From the NCBI RefSeq assembly GCF_009914755.1, contig NC_060927.1: DNA of 64,000 nucleotides; one strand, written 5' to 3'. Position numbers and translations under genes: made by a program. The first letter of the stretch is position 1. Each line of letters begins with the position of its first letter. This stretch comes from the human T2T-CHM13v2.0 reference genome, Homo sapiens. The notes under the pieces are model-generated. The model had not been told where the DNA came from. It searched no databases and was given only the letters and a program-made list of their open reading frames with translations. Shown in pieces: positions 37,303-64,000 of this stretch.

Positions 37303-37643
37303 GCTCAAATCTGTGGGATGAAGGCACACATCACAAAGGAATTTCTCAGAAAGCCTGTCTACTTTTTATGTGAAGATATTTCCTTTTTTCACAATAGGCC
37401 TAGAACAGCCTACATATATCACTTTGCAGATTCCAGAAAAAGACTTTTTCCCAACTGCTCAATCAAAAGAATTGCTCAAATCTGTGGGATGAAGGCACAC
37501 ATCACAAAGGAATTTCTCAGAAAGCCTCTGTCTAGTTTTTATGTGAAGATATTTCCTTTTTCACAATAGGCCTAGAACAGCCTACATATATCACTTTGCA
37601 GATTCCAGAAAAAGACTTTTTCCCAACTGCTCAATCAAAAGAA
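37303..37643. repeat. Near-perfect tandem duplication of one alpha monomer
   Basis: 37303-37471 vs 37474-37643 differ only by a 2-bp indel, one substitution and a T-run length. Confidence 0.93.
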
Positions 37644-40600
37644 CAGTTCAAATCTGTGATACGAATGCACACATCACAATGAAGTTTCTCAGAAAGCTTC
37701 TGTCTTGTTTTTATGTGAAGATATTTCATTTTTCACAATATGCCTCAAAGCACTCACAAATAGTCCCCTGCAGATTCTCTAAAAAGAACATTTCCATACT
37801 GCTCAATCAAAATAAAGGTTCAAGTCTGTAAGATGAATGCACACATCACAAAGAAGTTTCTCAGAAAATTTTGATCTAGTTTTTATGTGAAGATATTTAC
37901 TTTTTCACCATAACCCTCAAAGCATTCACAAATATCACTGCAGATACTAGAAAAAGTCCATTTCCATACTGTTCAATCAAAAGAATGGTTCAACTCTTTG
38001 AGATGAATGCACACATCACAAAGAAGTTTCTCAGAAAGCTTTTGTCTAATTTTTATGTTAATATATTTCCTTTTTCACCATGGGCCTCAAACCTCCTAGA
38101 AATATCCCTTTGCAGATTCCACCAAAAGACTGTTTCCAAACTGCTCTATCAAAGCAAAGTTTCAACTCTGTGAGATGAATGAACACCTCACAAAGAAGTT
38201 TCTCTGAAAGCTTTTATGTTCAGATATTTCCCTTTTCACCATAGCCCTCAAACCACTTGCAAATATCCCTTTGCAGATTATACAAAAAGAGTGTTTTCAA
38301 TCTGCTCAATAAAAAGAAAGTTTCAACTCTGTGAGATGAATGCACACATCACAAAGAAGTTTCTCAGAGGGCTTCTGTCTAATTATCATGTGAAGATATT
38401 TCCTTTTTCACCATAGGCCTCAAACCGCCTATATATATCCCATTGCAGATCATACAAAAAGACTCTTTCCAAACTGCTCAAGCAAAAGTAAGCTTCAACT
38501 CCGTGAGATGAATGCTCACATCACAAAAATTTTCTCATAAAACTTCTGTCTTGCTTTTATGTGAAGATATTTCCTTTTTCACCATATGACTCAAAGCGTT
38601 CACAAATATCACTTTGCGGAGTCTACAAAAAGACTGTCTCCAAACTGCTCAATCAAAAGAACAGTTCAACTCTGTGACACGAATGAACACATCACAAAGA
38701 AGTTTTTCAGAATGCTTCTCTCTAATTTTTATATGAATATATTTCCTTTCTCACGGCAGGCCACAAACCTCGCACAAACATCCCCTTGCAGATTGTCCAA
38801 AAAGACTGTTTCCAAACTGCTCAATCAAAAGAGACGTTCAACTCTGTGTGATGATGACAGATATCACCAGGAAGTTTCTCAGAAAGTTTCTGTCTGCTTT
38901 TTATGTGAAGATGTTTCCTTTTTCACCATAGGCCTAAAACCGCCTTCATATACCCTTTGGAGATACTACAAAAAGACCGTTTCCAAACAGTTCAATCAAA
39001 AGAAAGTTTCAACACTTTGAGACGAATGCACACATCAAAAAGACGTTTCTGAGAAAGCTTCTGTCTAGTTTTTAGGTGAAGATATTTCTTTTTTCACCAT
39101 AGGCCACAAAGGGATCACAAATATCTCTTTACAGATTCTCCAAAAAGACTGTTTCCAAACTGCACAATCAAGAGATGCTCAACTCTGTGTGATGAATGCA
39201 CACATCATAAAGAAGTTTCACAGAAACATTATATCTAGTTTTTATGTGAAGATATTTTATTTTACACCATAGGCCTCAAACCAACTATATATATCCCTTT
39301 GTAAATTCTACAAAAAGACTGTTTTCAAACTGCTCAACCTAAAGAAAGTTCATCTCTCTCTGTGAGTTGAATGCCCACATCACAAAGAAGTTTCTCAGAA
39401 AACTTCTGTATAATTTTTATGTGGAGTCATTTCCTTTTTCACCATAGACCACAAAGGGATCATAGATATCCCTTTGCAGAATTGATAAGAAGACTGTTTC
39501 CAAACTGCTCAATCAAAAGTAAGCTTCAACTCCCTGAGATGAATGCACATGCCACAAAGTAGTTCCTCAGAAAATTTCTGTCTAGTTTTTATGTGAAGGT
39601 ATTTCCTTTTCCACCATAGGTCTCAAAGCACTCCAAATATCCACTTGCAGATTCTACAAAAAGAGGGTTTCAGAACTGCTCAATCAAAAAAAGGTTCAAC
39701 TCTGTGAGATGAATGCATACGTCACAAAGAAGTTTCTGAGAATGCTTCTGTCTAGTTTTTATCTGAAGATATTCCCTTTTTCACCATACACCTCAAAGCA
39801 CTCCAAATATACACTTGCAGATTCTACAAAAGACTGTTTCCAAACTCCTCAATTGAAAGAAAGGTTCAACTCTGTGAGATGAAAGCACACATCACAAAGA
39901 AGATTCTCAGAAAGTTTCTGTCTAGTTTTTATGTGAAGATGCTTAGTATTTCCCCATAGATCTCAAAGGCCTCACAAATATCCCTTTACAGATTCCACAA
40001 AAAGAGTGTGTTAAAACTGCTCAATCATAAAAAGTTCAACTGTGTGAGATGAATGCACACATCACAAAGAAGTTCCTAAGAATGTGTCTGTCTAGTTTTT
40101 ATGTGAAGATATTTCCTTTTTCACCATAGTCCTTAAACCAGGCACAGATATCCTTCTGCAGATACTGCAAAAAGACTGTTTCCAAACTGCTCCATCAAAA
40201 GAAAGTTTCAACTCTGTGCGATGAATGAACACATCAAAAAGAAGTTTCTCAGAATGCTTCTGTCTAGTTTTTATGTGAAGCAATTTCCTTTTTCACCACA
40301 GGCCTCAAAGCACCCCAAATATCTATTTGCAGATTCTACAAAAAGACATTTTACAAACAGCTCAATCAAAAGAAAGGTTCAACTCTGTGAGGCGAATGCA
40401 CAAATCACAAAGAAGTTTCTGAGAATGCTTCTGTCTAGTTTTTATGTGAAGATATTTCCTTTTTCACCATAGGCCTCAAAGCACTCCAAATATCCACTTG
40501 CAGATTGTACAAAAAGAGTGTTTCCAAACTGCTCAATCAAAAGAAAGTGCCAACTCTGTGAAATGAAAACACGCATCAGAAAGTAGTTTCTCAGAAAGTT

Positions 40601-43600
40601 TCTGTCTAGTTTTTATGTGAAGTTATTTCCTATTTCCCCATCGCCTCAATGGGCTCACAAATATCCCTTTGCAGACTCTACAAAATGACTGTTTCCAAAC
40701 TGCTCAATCAGAAGTAATGTTCAACTGTGTGAGATCAAGTCACACGTCACAGAAAGTTTCTCAGAATGCTTTTGTCTAGTTTTTATGTGAAGATATTTCC
40801 TTTTCCACCATAGGCCTCAAAGCGCTCCAAATATCCACTTGCAGAATCTACAAAAAGAGTGTTTCAAAACTGCTGAATCAAAAGAAATGTTCAGCTCTGT
40901 GAGATGAATGCACACATCAAAAATAAGTTTCTCGGAAAGCTTCTGTCTACTTATTATGTGAAGATATTTCCTTTTTCACTATAGGCCTCAAAGAGCTCCA
41001 AATATCCATTTGCAGTTTCTACAAAAAGAATGTTTATAAACTGCTCAATCAAAAGAAGTTTCAACTCTGTGAGATGAAAGCTCACATCACAAAGGAGTTT
41101 CTCACAATGTTTCTTCCTTGTTTATGTGAAGATATTTCCTATTTCCCCATAGTCCTCAGTGGGTTCACAAATATCCCTTTGCAGATTGTATGAAACAACT
41201 GTTTAAAAATTGCTCAATCAAAAGAAATTTTCAACTCTGTGAGATGAAAGCACACATCAAAAAGAAGTTCTCACAGTGCTTCTGCCTAGTTTTTTTTTGT
41301 GAAGATATTTCCTTTTCCACCATAGGCCTCAAAGCTCTAAAAAATATCCACTTGCAGATTCTACAAAAAGAGTGTTTCAAGACTGCTCAATCAAAAGAAA
41401 GCTTCAATTCTGTGAGATGAATGCACACATCACAAAGAAGTTTCTCAGAATGCTTCTGTATAGTTTTTATGAGAAGATATTTCCTTTTTCACCACAGGCA
41501 TCAATGCACTGGAAATATCCTTTTGCAGATACTACAAAAGACGGATTCCAAACCACTCAATCAAAAGTAAGGTTCAAGTCTTTGAGATAAATGAACACAT
41601 CACAAAGAAGTTTCACAGAATGCTTCTGTCTAGTTATAATGTGAAGATATTTCCTTTTTCACCACAGGCATCAAATCGCTGCAAATACCCACTTGCAGAT
41701 AGTACAAAAAGACAGATTCCAAACTGCTCAATCAAAAGGAAGGTTCAACTCTGTTATATGAAAGCACACACCACAAAGAAATTTCTCAGAATGCTTCTGT
41801 CTAGTTTTATGTGAAGATATTTCCTTTTTAACCGTGGGCCTCAAAGCACTCAAAATATCCATTTGGAGATACTACAAAAAGACTCTTCACAAACGGCTGA
41901 ACGAAAACAATTTTCACCTCTGTGAGATGAATGCACACATCACAAATAAGTTTCTCAGAATGTTTCTGTCTAGGTTTTATGTTAAGATATTTCCTTTTTT
42001 ACCGTAGGCCTCAAAGCACTCCAAATATCCTTTTGCAGATACCACATAGGCCTCAGTGGGCTCACAAATATCCGTTTGCAGACTGTACGAAATGACTGTT
42101 GAAAAACTACTCAATCAAAAGATATGTTCCACTCTGTGAGATGAATGTACACATCAAAAAGAAGTTTCTCAGAGTGCTTTTGTCTAGTTTTTTTGTGAAG
42201 ATGTTTAACTTTCCATCATAGGCCTGAAAGCACTCAAAATATCCACTTGCTAATTCTACTAAAAGAGTGTTTCCAGACTGATCAATCAAAAGAAAGCTTC
42301 AACTCTGTGAGATGAATGCACAAATCACAAAGAAGTCTCTCAGAATGCTTCTGTCTAGTTTTTATGTGAAGATATTTCCTATTTCAAAATAGGCCTCAAA
42401 GTGCTCCAAATATCCATTTGCAGATATTACAAAAGACTGTTTCCAAACTGCTCAATCAAAAGAAAGATTCAACTCTGTGAGATGAATGCACGCATCACAA
42501 AGACGTTTCTCGAATGCTTCTGTCTAGTTTTTATCTGAAGATATTTTCTTTTCCACCTTAGGCCACAAAGCACTCCAAGTATCCAATTGCATAATCTGCA
42601 AAAAGTGTGTTTCAAAATTGCTCAATCAAAAGAAAGCTTCAACTCTATGAGATGAAAGTATATATCACAAAGGAGTTTCTCACAAAATTTCTGTCTAGTT
42701 TTTATGTTTTGATATTTCCTGTTTCACCATAGGCCTCAATATGGTCACAAATGTCCCTTTGAGATTCTACAAAACGACGGTTTCCAAACTGCTCAATCAA
42801 AAGAAATGTTCAACTCTGACAGGTGAATGCACACATCACAAAGAAGTTTCTCAAAATGCTTGTGTATAGTTTTTATGAGAAGATATTTCCATTTCCACCT
42901 TAGTCCTAAAGCGCTCCAAATATCGAATTGCAGATCCTACAAAATGACTATTTCCAAACTGCTCAATCAATAGAAATGCTCAACTCTGTGAGATGAATCC
43001 ACACATCACAAAGAAGATCCTCAAAATGCTTCTGTCTAGTTTTTTTGTGAAGATATTTCCTTTTCCACATTGGCCTCAAAGCACTTGAAATATCCACTTG
43101 CAGATTCTACAAAAAGAGTGTTTCAAAACTGCTCATTCAAAAGAAAGGTTCAGATCCCTTAGATGAATGAACACATCACAAAGTAGTTTCTAAGAATGCT
43201 TCTGTCTAGTTTTTATGTGGAGATATTTCCTTTTTCACCATAGGCAGCAAAGCACTCCAAATATCCACTTACAGATTCTACAAGAAGAGTGTTTCAAAAC
43301 TCTTCAATCAACAGAAAGGTTCAACTCTGTGATATGAATGCACGCATCACAAAGGAGTTTCTCACAATGCTTCTGACTAGTTTTTATGTGAAGATATTTC
43401 TTTTTCACCACCGTCCTCATAGTGTTCCAAATGTCCACTTTCAGATTCTACAAAAAGACTGTTTACAAACTGCTCAGTCAAAAGAAAGGTTCAACTCCGT
43501 GAGATGAAAGCACATATCATAAAGAAGTTTCTCAGCATGATTATGTCTAGTTTTTATATGAAGATATTTCCTATTTCCCCATAGGCCTCAATGGGCTCAC

Positions 43601-46358
43601 AAATATCTCTTTGCAGATTCTACAAAAAGAGTCTTTCAAAACTCCTTAATCAAAACAAAGGGTCAACACTGTGAGATGAATGCACACAGCACAGAGAAGT
43701 TTCTCAGAATGCTTCTGTCTAGTTTTTATGAGAAGATATTTCCTTTTTTACCATATAAATCACAGTGCTCCAAATATCCATTTGCAGATTCTACAAAAGA
43801 CTGTTTCCAAACTGCTCAACAGAAAGTTTCAACTCTGTGAGATGAAAGGACATGTTACAAAGAGGTTTCTCAGAAAGTTTCCATATAGTTTTTATGTGAA
43901 GATATTCTCTTTTCCACCATTGGCCTCAAATCACTGCCAATATCCCCTTGCAGATTATACAAAAAGAGTGTTTAAAAGCAGCTCTTTCAAAAGAAAGGCT
44001 CAATTCTGTGAGATGATTGCCCACGTCCCAAAGAAGTTTCTCAGAATGCTTCTGTCTGCTTCTTACGTGAAGACATTGCTCTTTCCACATTAGGTCTCAC
44101 AGCGCTCCAAATATCTACTTGCAGATTCTACAAAAAGAGTCTTTTGAAACTGCTCAATCAAAAGAAACGTTCAACTCCTTGAGATGAATACACACATTAC
44201 AAAGAAATTTCTCAGATTGCTTCTGTCTAGTTTTTATGTGAAGATATTTCCTTTTTCACCATAGGCCTCAAAGCACTCCAAATATACACTTGCAGATATT
44301 ACAAAAGACTCTTTCCAAACTGCTCAATCAAAAGAAAGATTCAACTCTGTGAGATGAATGCACACATCACAAAGAAGTTTCTCAGAATGTTTCTGTCTAG
44401 TTTTTATGTAAAGATATTTCCTTTTACAATATAGGCTGCAAAGCATTCCAAATATCAACTTTTAGATCCTACGAAAAGACTGGCTCCAAACTGCTCAATC
44501 AAAAGAAAATTTGAACTCTGTGAGTTGAATGCACACATCACAAAGAAGTTTCTCAGAATGCTTCTGTCTCGTTTTTATGTGAAGATATTTCCTATTCCAC
44601 CATAGGCCACAAAGCTCTCCAAATATCCACTTGCAGATTCTACAAAAAGAGTGTTTCTAAAGTGGCCAATCAAAATAAAGGTTCAACTCCGTGAGATGAA
44701 TGCACACATCGCAAAGAAGCATCTCAGAATGCTTCTGTCTAGTTTTTATGTGAAGATATTTCCTTTTCCAACATAGGCCATGAATTGCTCCAAATATCCA
44801 CTTGCAGATTCTAAAAAAAGAGAGTTTCCAAGCTGCTCAATCAAAACAAAGGTTCAACTGTGTGAGATGAATGCACACATTGAAAGAAATTTCTCATAAT
44901 CCTTCAGTCTAGTTTTTATGTGAAGGTATTTCCTTTTCCAACATAGGCCGCAAAGCACTCCATATATCCACTTGCAGATCCTACAAAAATGTGTGTCAAA
45001 ACTGCTCAATCAAAAGGAAGTTTCAACTCTGTGAGATGAATGCAAACATCACAAAGAAGTTTCTCAGAATGCTTCTGTCTAGTTTTTATGAGAAGATATT
45101 TCCTTTTCCAAAATAAGCCACAAAGTGCTCCAAATATCCACTTGCAGATTCTACAAAAAGAGGGTTCAAAACTGCTCAATCAAAAGAAAGGTTCAACTCT
45201 GTGGGATGAATGCAGACTTCACAAAGAGGTTTCTCAGAAAGCTTCTGTCTAGTTTTTATGTGAAGATATTTCCTTTTCAACTACAGGACTTGAAGCGCTC
45301 CAAATATCCACCTGAAGATAATACAAAAAGACTGTTTGCAAACTGCTCAATAAAAAGAAATTTTTATGTCTGTGGGTTGAATGAACACATCACAAAGAAG
45401 GTTCTCAGAATGATTCTGTCTAGTTTTTATATGAAGATATTCCCTTTTACACTATAGGACGCAATGTGCTCCATATATCCAAATGCAGATTTTCCAAAAG
45501 TGTGTTTCAAACCTGCCCGATCAAAAGAAAGTTTCAACTGTGTGAGATGAGTGCACACATCTCAAAGAATTTTTTCAGAATGCTTCTATTTATTTTTTAT
45601 GTGAAGATATTTCCTTTTCCACTACAGGCCACAATGCGCTCCAAGTATCCACTTGCAGATTCTACAAAAAGAGTGTTTCAAAACTGTTCTATCAAAAGAA
45701 AGGCTCATCTCTGTAATATGAATGCACACATAACAACGAAGTTTCTCAGAATGCTTCTGTCTAGTCTCTATTTGAAGATATTTCCTTTTATACTATAAGC
45801 CTCAAAACGCTCCAAATATCCTTTTGCAAATACTACAAAAAGACTTTCCAAACTGCTCGATCAAAAGAAATGTTTGTCTGTGAGTTCAATGCCACATCAC
45901 AAAGAAGTTTCTCAGAATGAGTCTGTCTAGTTTTTATGTGAAGATATTTCCTTTTCCACTATAGGCCTCAAAGCGTTCCAAATATCCACTTGCAGATTCT
46001 ACAAAAAGAGTTTCAAAACTGCTCAATCAAGGGAGAAGTTCAAGTCTGTGAGTTGAAAGCAGACATCACAGAGAAGTTTCTCAGAATTCTTCTGTCTAGT
46101 TTTTATTTGAAGATATTTCCTTTACCACCTTAAGCCTCAAAGTGCTTCAAATATCTACATTCAGAATATACAAAAAGAGTTTTTCAAAACTGCTGAATCA
46201 AAAGAGAGGTTCAACTCTGTGAGATGAATGCACACATCACAAAGGAGTTTCTCAGAATGATTCTGCCTAGTTTTTATGTGAAGACATTTCCTTTTACACT
46301 AGAGGCTGCAAAGCGTTCCAAATATCCATTTGCAGATTCTGCAGAAAGAGTGTATTAA

Positions 46359-49625
<3,267 letters not shown>

Positions 49626-49845
49626 TTAACTTTTATTTTTATTATACTTTAAGTTTTAGGGTAAAAGTGCACATTGTGCAGGTTAGTTACATATGTATAC
49701 ATGTGCCATGCTGATGCGCTGCACCCACTAACTCGTCATCTACCATTAGGTATATCTCCCAAAGCTATCCCTCCCCCCTCCCCCCACCCCACCACAGTCT
49801 CCAGAGTGTGATATTCCCCTTCCTGTGTCCTTGTGATCTCATTGT

Positions 49846-53667
<3,822 letters not shown>

Positions 53668-53730
53668 TATGATGTTAGCTGGTTATTTTGCTCATTAGTT
53701 GATGCAGTTTCTTCCTCGTCTTGATGGTCT

Positions 53731-54749
53731 TTACATTTTGGCATGATTTTGCAGTGGCTGGTACCGGTTGTTTCTTTCCTTTCCATGTTTAGCACTTCCT
53801 TCAGGAGCTCTTTTAGGGTAGTCCTGGTGGTGACAAAATCTCTCAGCCTTTGCTTGTCTGTAAAGTATTTTATTTCTCCTTCACTTATGAAGCTTAGTTT
53901 GGCTGAATATGAAATTCTGGGTTGAAAATTCTTTTCTTTAAGAATGTTGAATATTGGTCCCCACTCTCTTCTGGCTTGTAGGGTTTCTGTCAAGAGATCT
54001 GCTGTTAGTCTGATGGGCTTCCCTTTGAGGGTAACCTGACATTTCTCTCTGGCTGCCCTTAACATTTTTTCCTTCATTTCAACTTTGGTGAATCTGACAA
54101 TTATGTGTCTTGGAGTTGCTCTTCTCGAGGAGTATCTTTGTGGCGTTCTCTGTATTTCCTGAGTCTGAACGTTTGCCTGCCTTGCTAGATTGGGGAAGTT
54201 CTCCTGGATAATATCCTGCTGAGTGTTTTCCAACTGGGTTCCATTCTCCCCATCACTTTCAGGTAAACCAATGAGATGTAGGTTTGGTCTTTTCATATAG
54301 TCCCATATTTCTTGGAGGCTTTACTCATTTCTTTTTATTCTTTTTTCTCTAAACTTCCCTTCTCACTTCATTTCATTCATTTCATCATCCATTGCTGATA
54401 CCCTTTCTTCCAGTTGATCTCATCAGCTCCTGAGTCTTCTGCATTCTTCAAATAGTTCTCCAGCCTTGGTTTTCAGCTCCACCAGCTCCTTTAAGCACTT
54501 CTCTGTATTGGTTATTCTAGTTATACATTCTTCTAAATTTTTTTCAAAGTTTTCAACTTCTTTGTCTTTGGTTTGAATGTCTTCCCGAAGCTCAGAGTAA
54601 TTTGATCATCTGAAGCCTTCTCTCAGCTCGTCAAAGTCATCCTCCATCCAGCTTTGTTCCGTTGCTGGTGAGGAACTGCGTTCCTTTGGAGGAAGAGAGG
54701 TGCTCTGCTTTTTAGAGTTTCCAGTTTTTCTGTTCTGTTTCTTCCCCAT
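53731..54749 (-). pseudogene. Disrupted L1 ORF1 (RNA-binding chaperone) of L1 B
   Basis: ATGGGGAAG start at 54749; fragment KRPNLHLIG...REWGPIFNILKEKNFQPRISYSAKLSF (ORF 53667-54296); frameshifted near both ends. Confidence 0.9.
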
Positions 54750-55227
54750 CTTTGTGGTTTTATCTACTTTTGGTCTTTGATGATGGTGATGTACACATGG
54801 GTTTTTGGTGTGGATGTCCTTTCTGTTTGTTAGTTTTCCTTCTAAAAGACAGGACCCTCAGCTGCAGGTCTGTTGGAATACCCTGCTGTGTGCGGTGTCA
54901 GTGTGCCCCTGCTGGGGGGTGCCTCCCAGTTAGGCTGCTCGGGGATCAGGGGTCAGGGACCCACTTGAGGAGGCAGTCTGCCCATTCTCAGACCTCCAAT
55001 TGTGCCAGTTTTCAAAGGGAATGATTCTAGTTTTTGCCCATTCAGTATGATATTGGCTGTGGGTTTGTCATAGATAGCTCTTATTATTTTGAAATATGTC
55101 CCATCAATACCTAATTTATTGAGAGTTTTTAGCATGAAGGGTTGTTGAATTTTGTCAAAGGCCTTTTCTGCATTTATTGAGATGATCATGTGGTTTTTGT
55201 CTTTGGCTCTGTTTATATGCTGGATTA

Positions 55228-55440
<213 letters not shown>

Positions 55441-55491
55441 CTAAAATGAGTTAGGGAGGATTCCCTCTTTTTCTATTGATTGGAATAGCTA

Positions 55492-55713
<222 letters not shown>

Positions 55714-55716
55714 CTA

Positions 55717-55863
<147 letters not shown>

Positions 55864-56339
55864 TCAAAAAAACCAGCTCCTGGATTCATTAATTTTTTGA
55901 AGGGTTTTTGACATGATTGTATATCTAGAAAACCCCATTGTCTCAGCCCAAAATCTCCTTAAGCTGATAAGCAAATTCAGCAAAGTCTCAGGATACAAAA
56001 TCAATGCTCCAAAACCACAAGCATTCTTATACACCAACAGCAGACAAACAGAGAGCCAAATCATGAGTGAACTCCCCTTCACAATTGTTTCAAAGAGAAT
56101 AAAATACATAGGAATCCAACTTACAAGGGATGTGAAGGACCTCTTCAAGGAGAACTACAAACCACTGCTTAAGGAAATAAAAGAGGATACAAACAAATGG
56201 AAGAACATTCCATGCTCATGGGTAGGAAGAATCATTATCATGAAAATGACCATACTGCCCAAGGTAATTTATAGATTCAATGCCATCCCCATAAAGGTAC
56301 CAATGACTTTCTTCACAGAATTGGAAAAAACTACTTTAA

Positions 56340-57532
<1,193 letters not shown>

Positions 57533-57872
57533 TAGGGACATGGATGAAATTGGAAATCATCATTCTTAGTAAACTATCGCAAGAATGAAAAACCAAACAC
57601 CGCATATTCTCACTCATAGGTGGGAATTGAACAGTGAGATCACATGGACACAGGAAGTGGAACAACAGACTCTGGGGCCTGTTTTGTGGTGGGGCAAGGG
57701 GAGAGGTATAGCATTGGGAGATATACCTAATGCTAGATGACGAGTTAGTGGGTGCAGTGCACCAGCACGGCACATGTGTACATATGTAACTAACCTGCAC
57801 ATTGTGTACATGTACCCTAAAACTTAAAATATAATAATAAAAGAAAAAAGTATAAATCTGCCATAAAAAAAG

Positions 57873-64000
<6,128 letters not shown>

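Larger units (their letters stand above)
24421..46358 (-). repeat. Alpha satellite, divergent monomeric, block 3 (several monomer-type domains)
   Basis: Continuous alphoid units; diagnostic motifs change at ~32090, ~36150, ~39600 and ~44000. Confidence 0.98.

Overview
Human pericentromeric DNA at an arm-to-centromere boundary; a consensus-perfect AluYa5 identifies the species as human. Bases 1-5371 are ordinary AT-rich non-satellite DNA with Alus, an old L1M fragment, MIR remnants and a TSD-flanked processed pseudogene of HSPE1 (Hsp10, minus strand, missed by the ORF track). From ~5372 to the end is divergent 'monomeric' alpha satellite (171-172 bp units, one orientation, pJalpha-type boxes, no CENP-B box seen by eye). 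It is interrupted by five L1PA2/L1PA3-like LINE-1 insertions (four 5'-inverted, one nested inside another) and one AluYa5. There is no intact protein-coding gene: the listed ORFs are L1 remnants, Alu read-throughs or satellite artefacts. I do not see a new gene system. The most interesting signals are in sequence history: (1) the five independently inserted L1s share non-CpG variants in a tree-incompatible patchwork, including an identical ORF2 frameshift in the two nested copies, which suggests gene conversion among them; (2) all four L1s inserted directly into satellite are twin-primed inversions; (3) the 'monomeric' array keeps an ordered monomer grammar (relic higher-order repeats), a 172-bp island and several local duplications. 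All comparisons were made by eye, and L1/Alu consensus comparisons are from memory.
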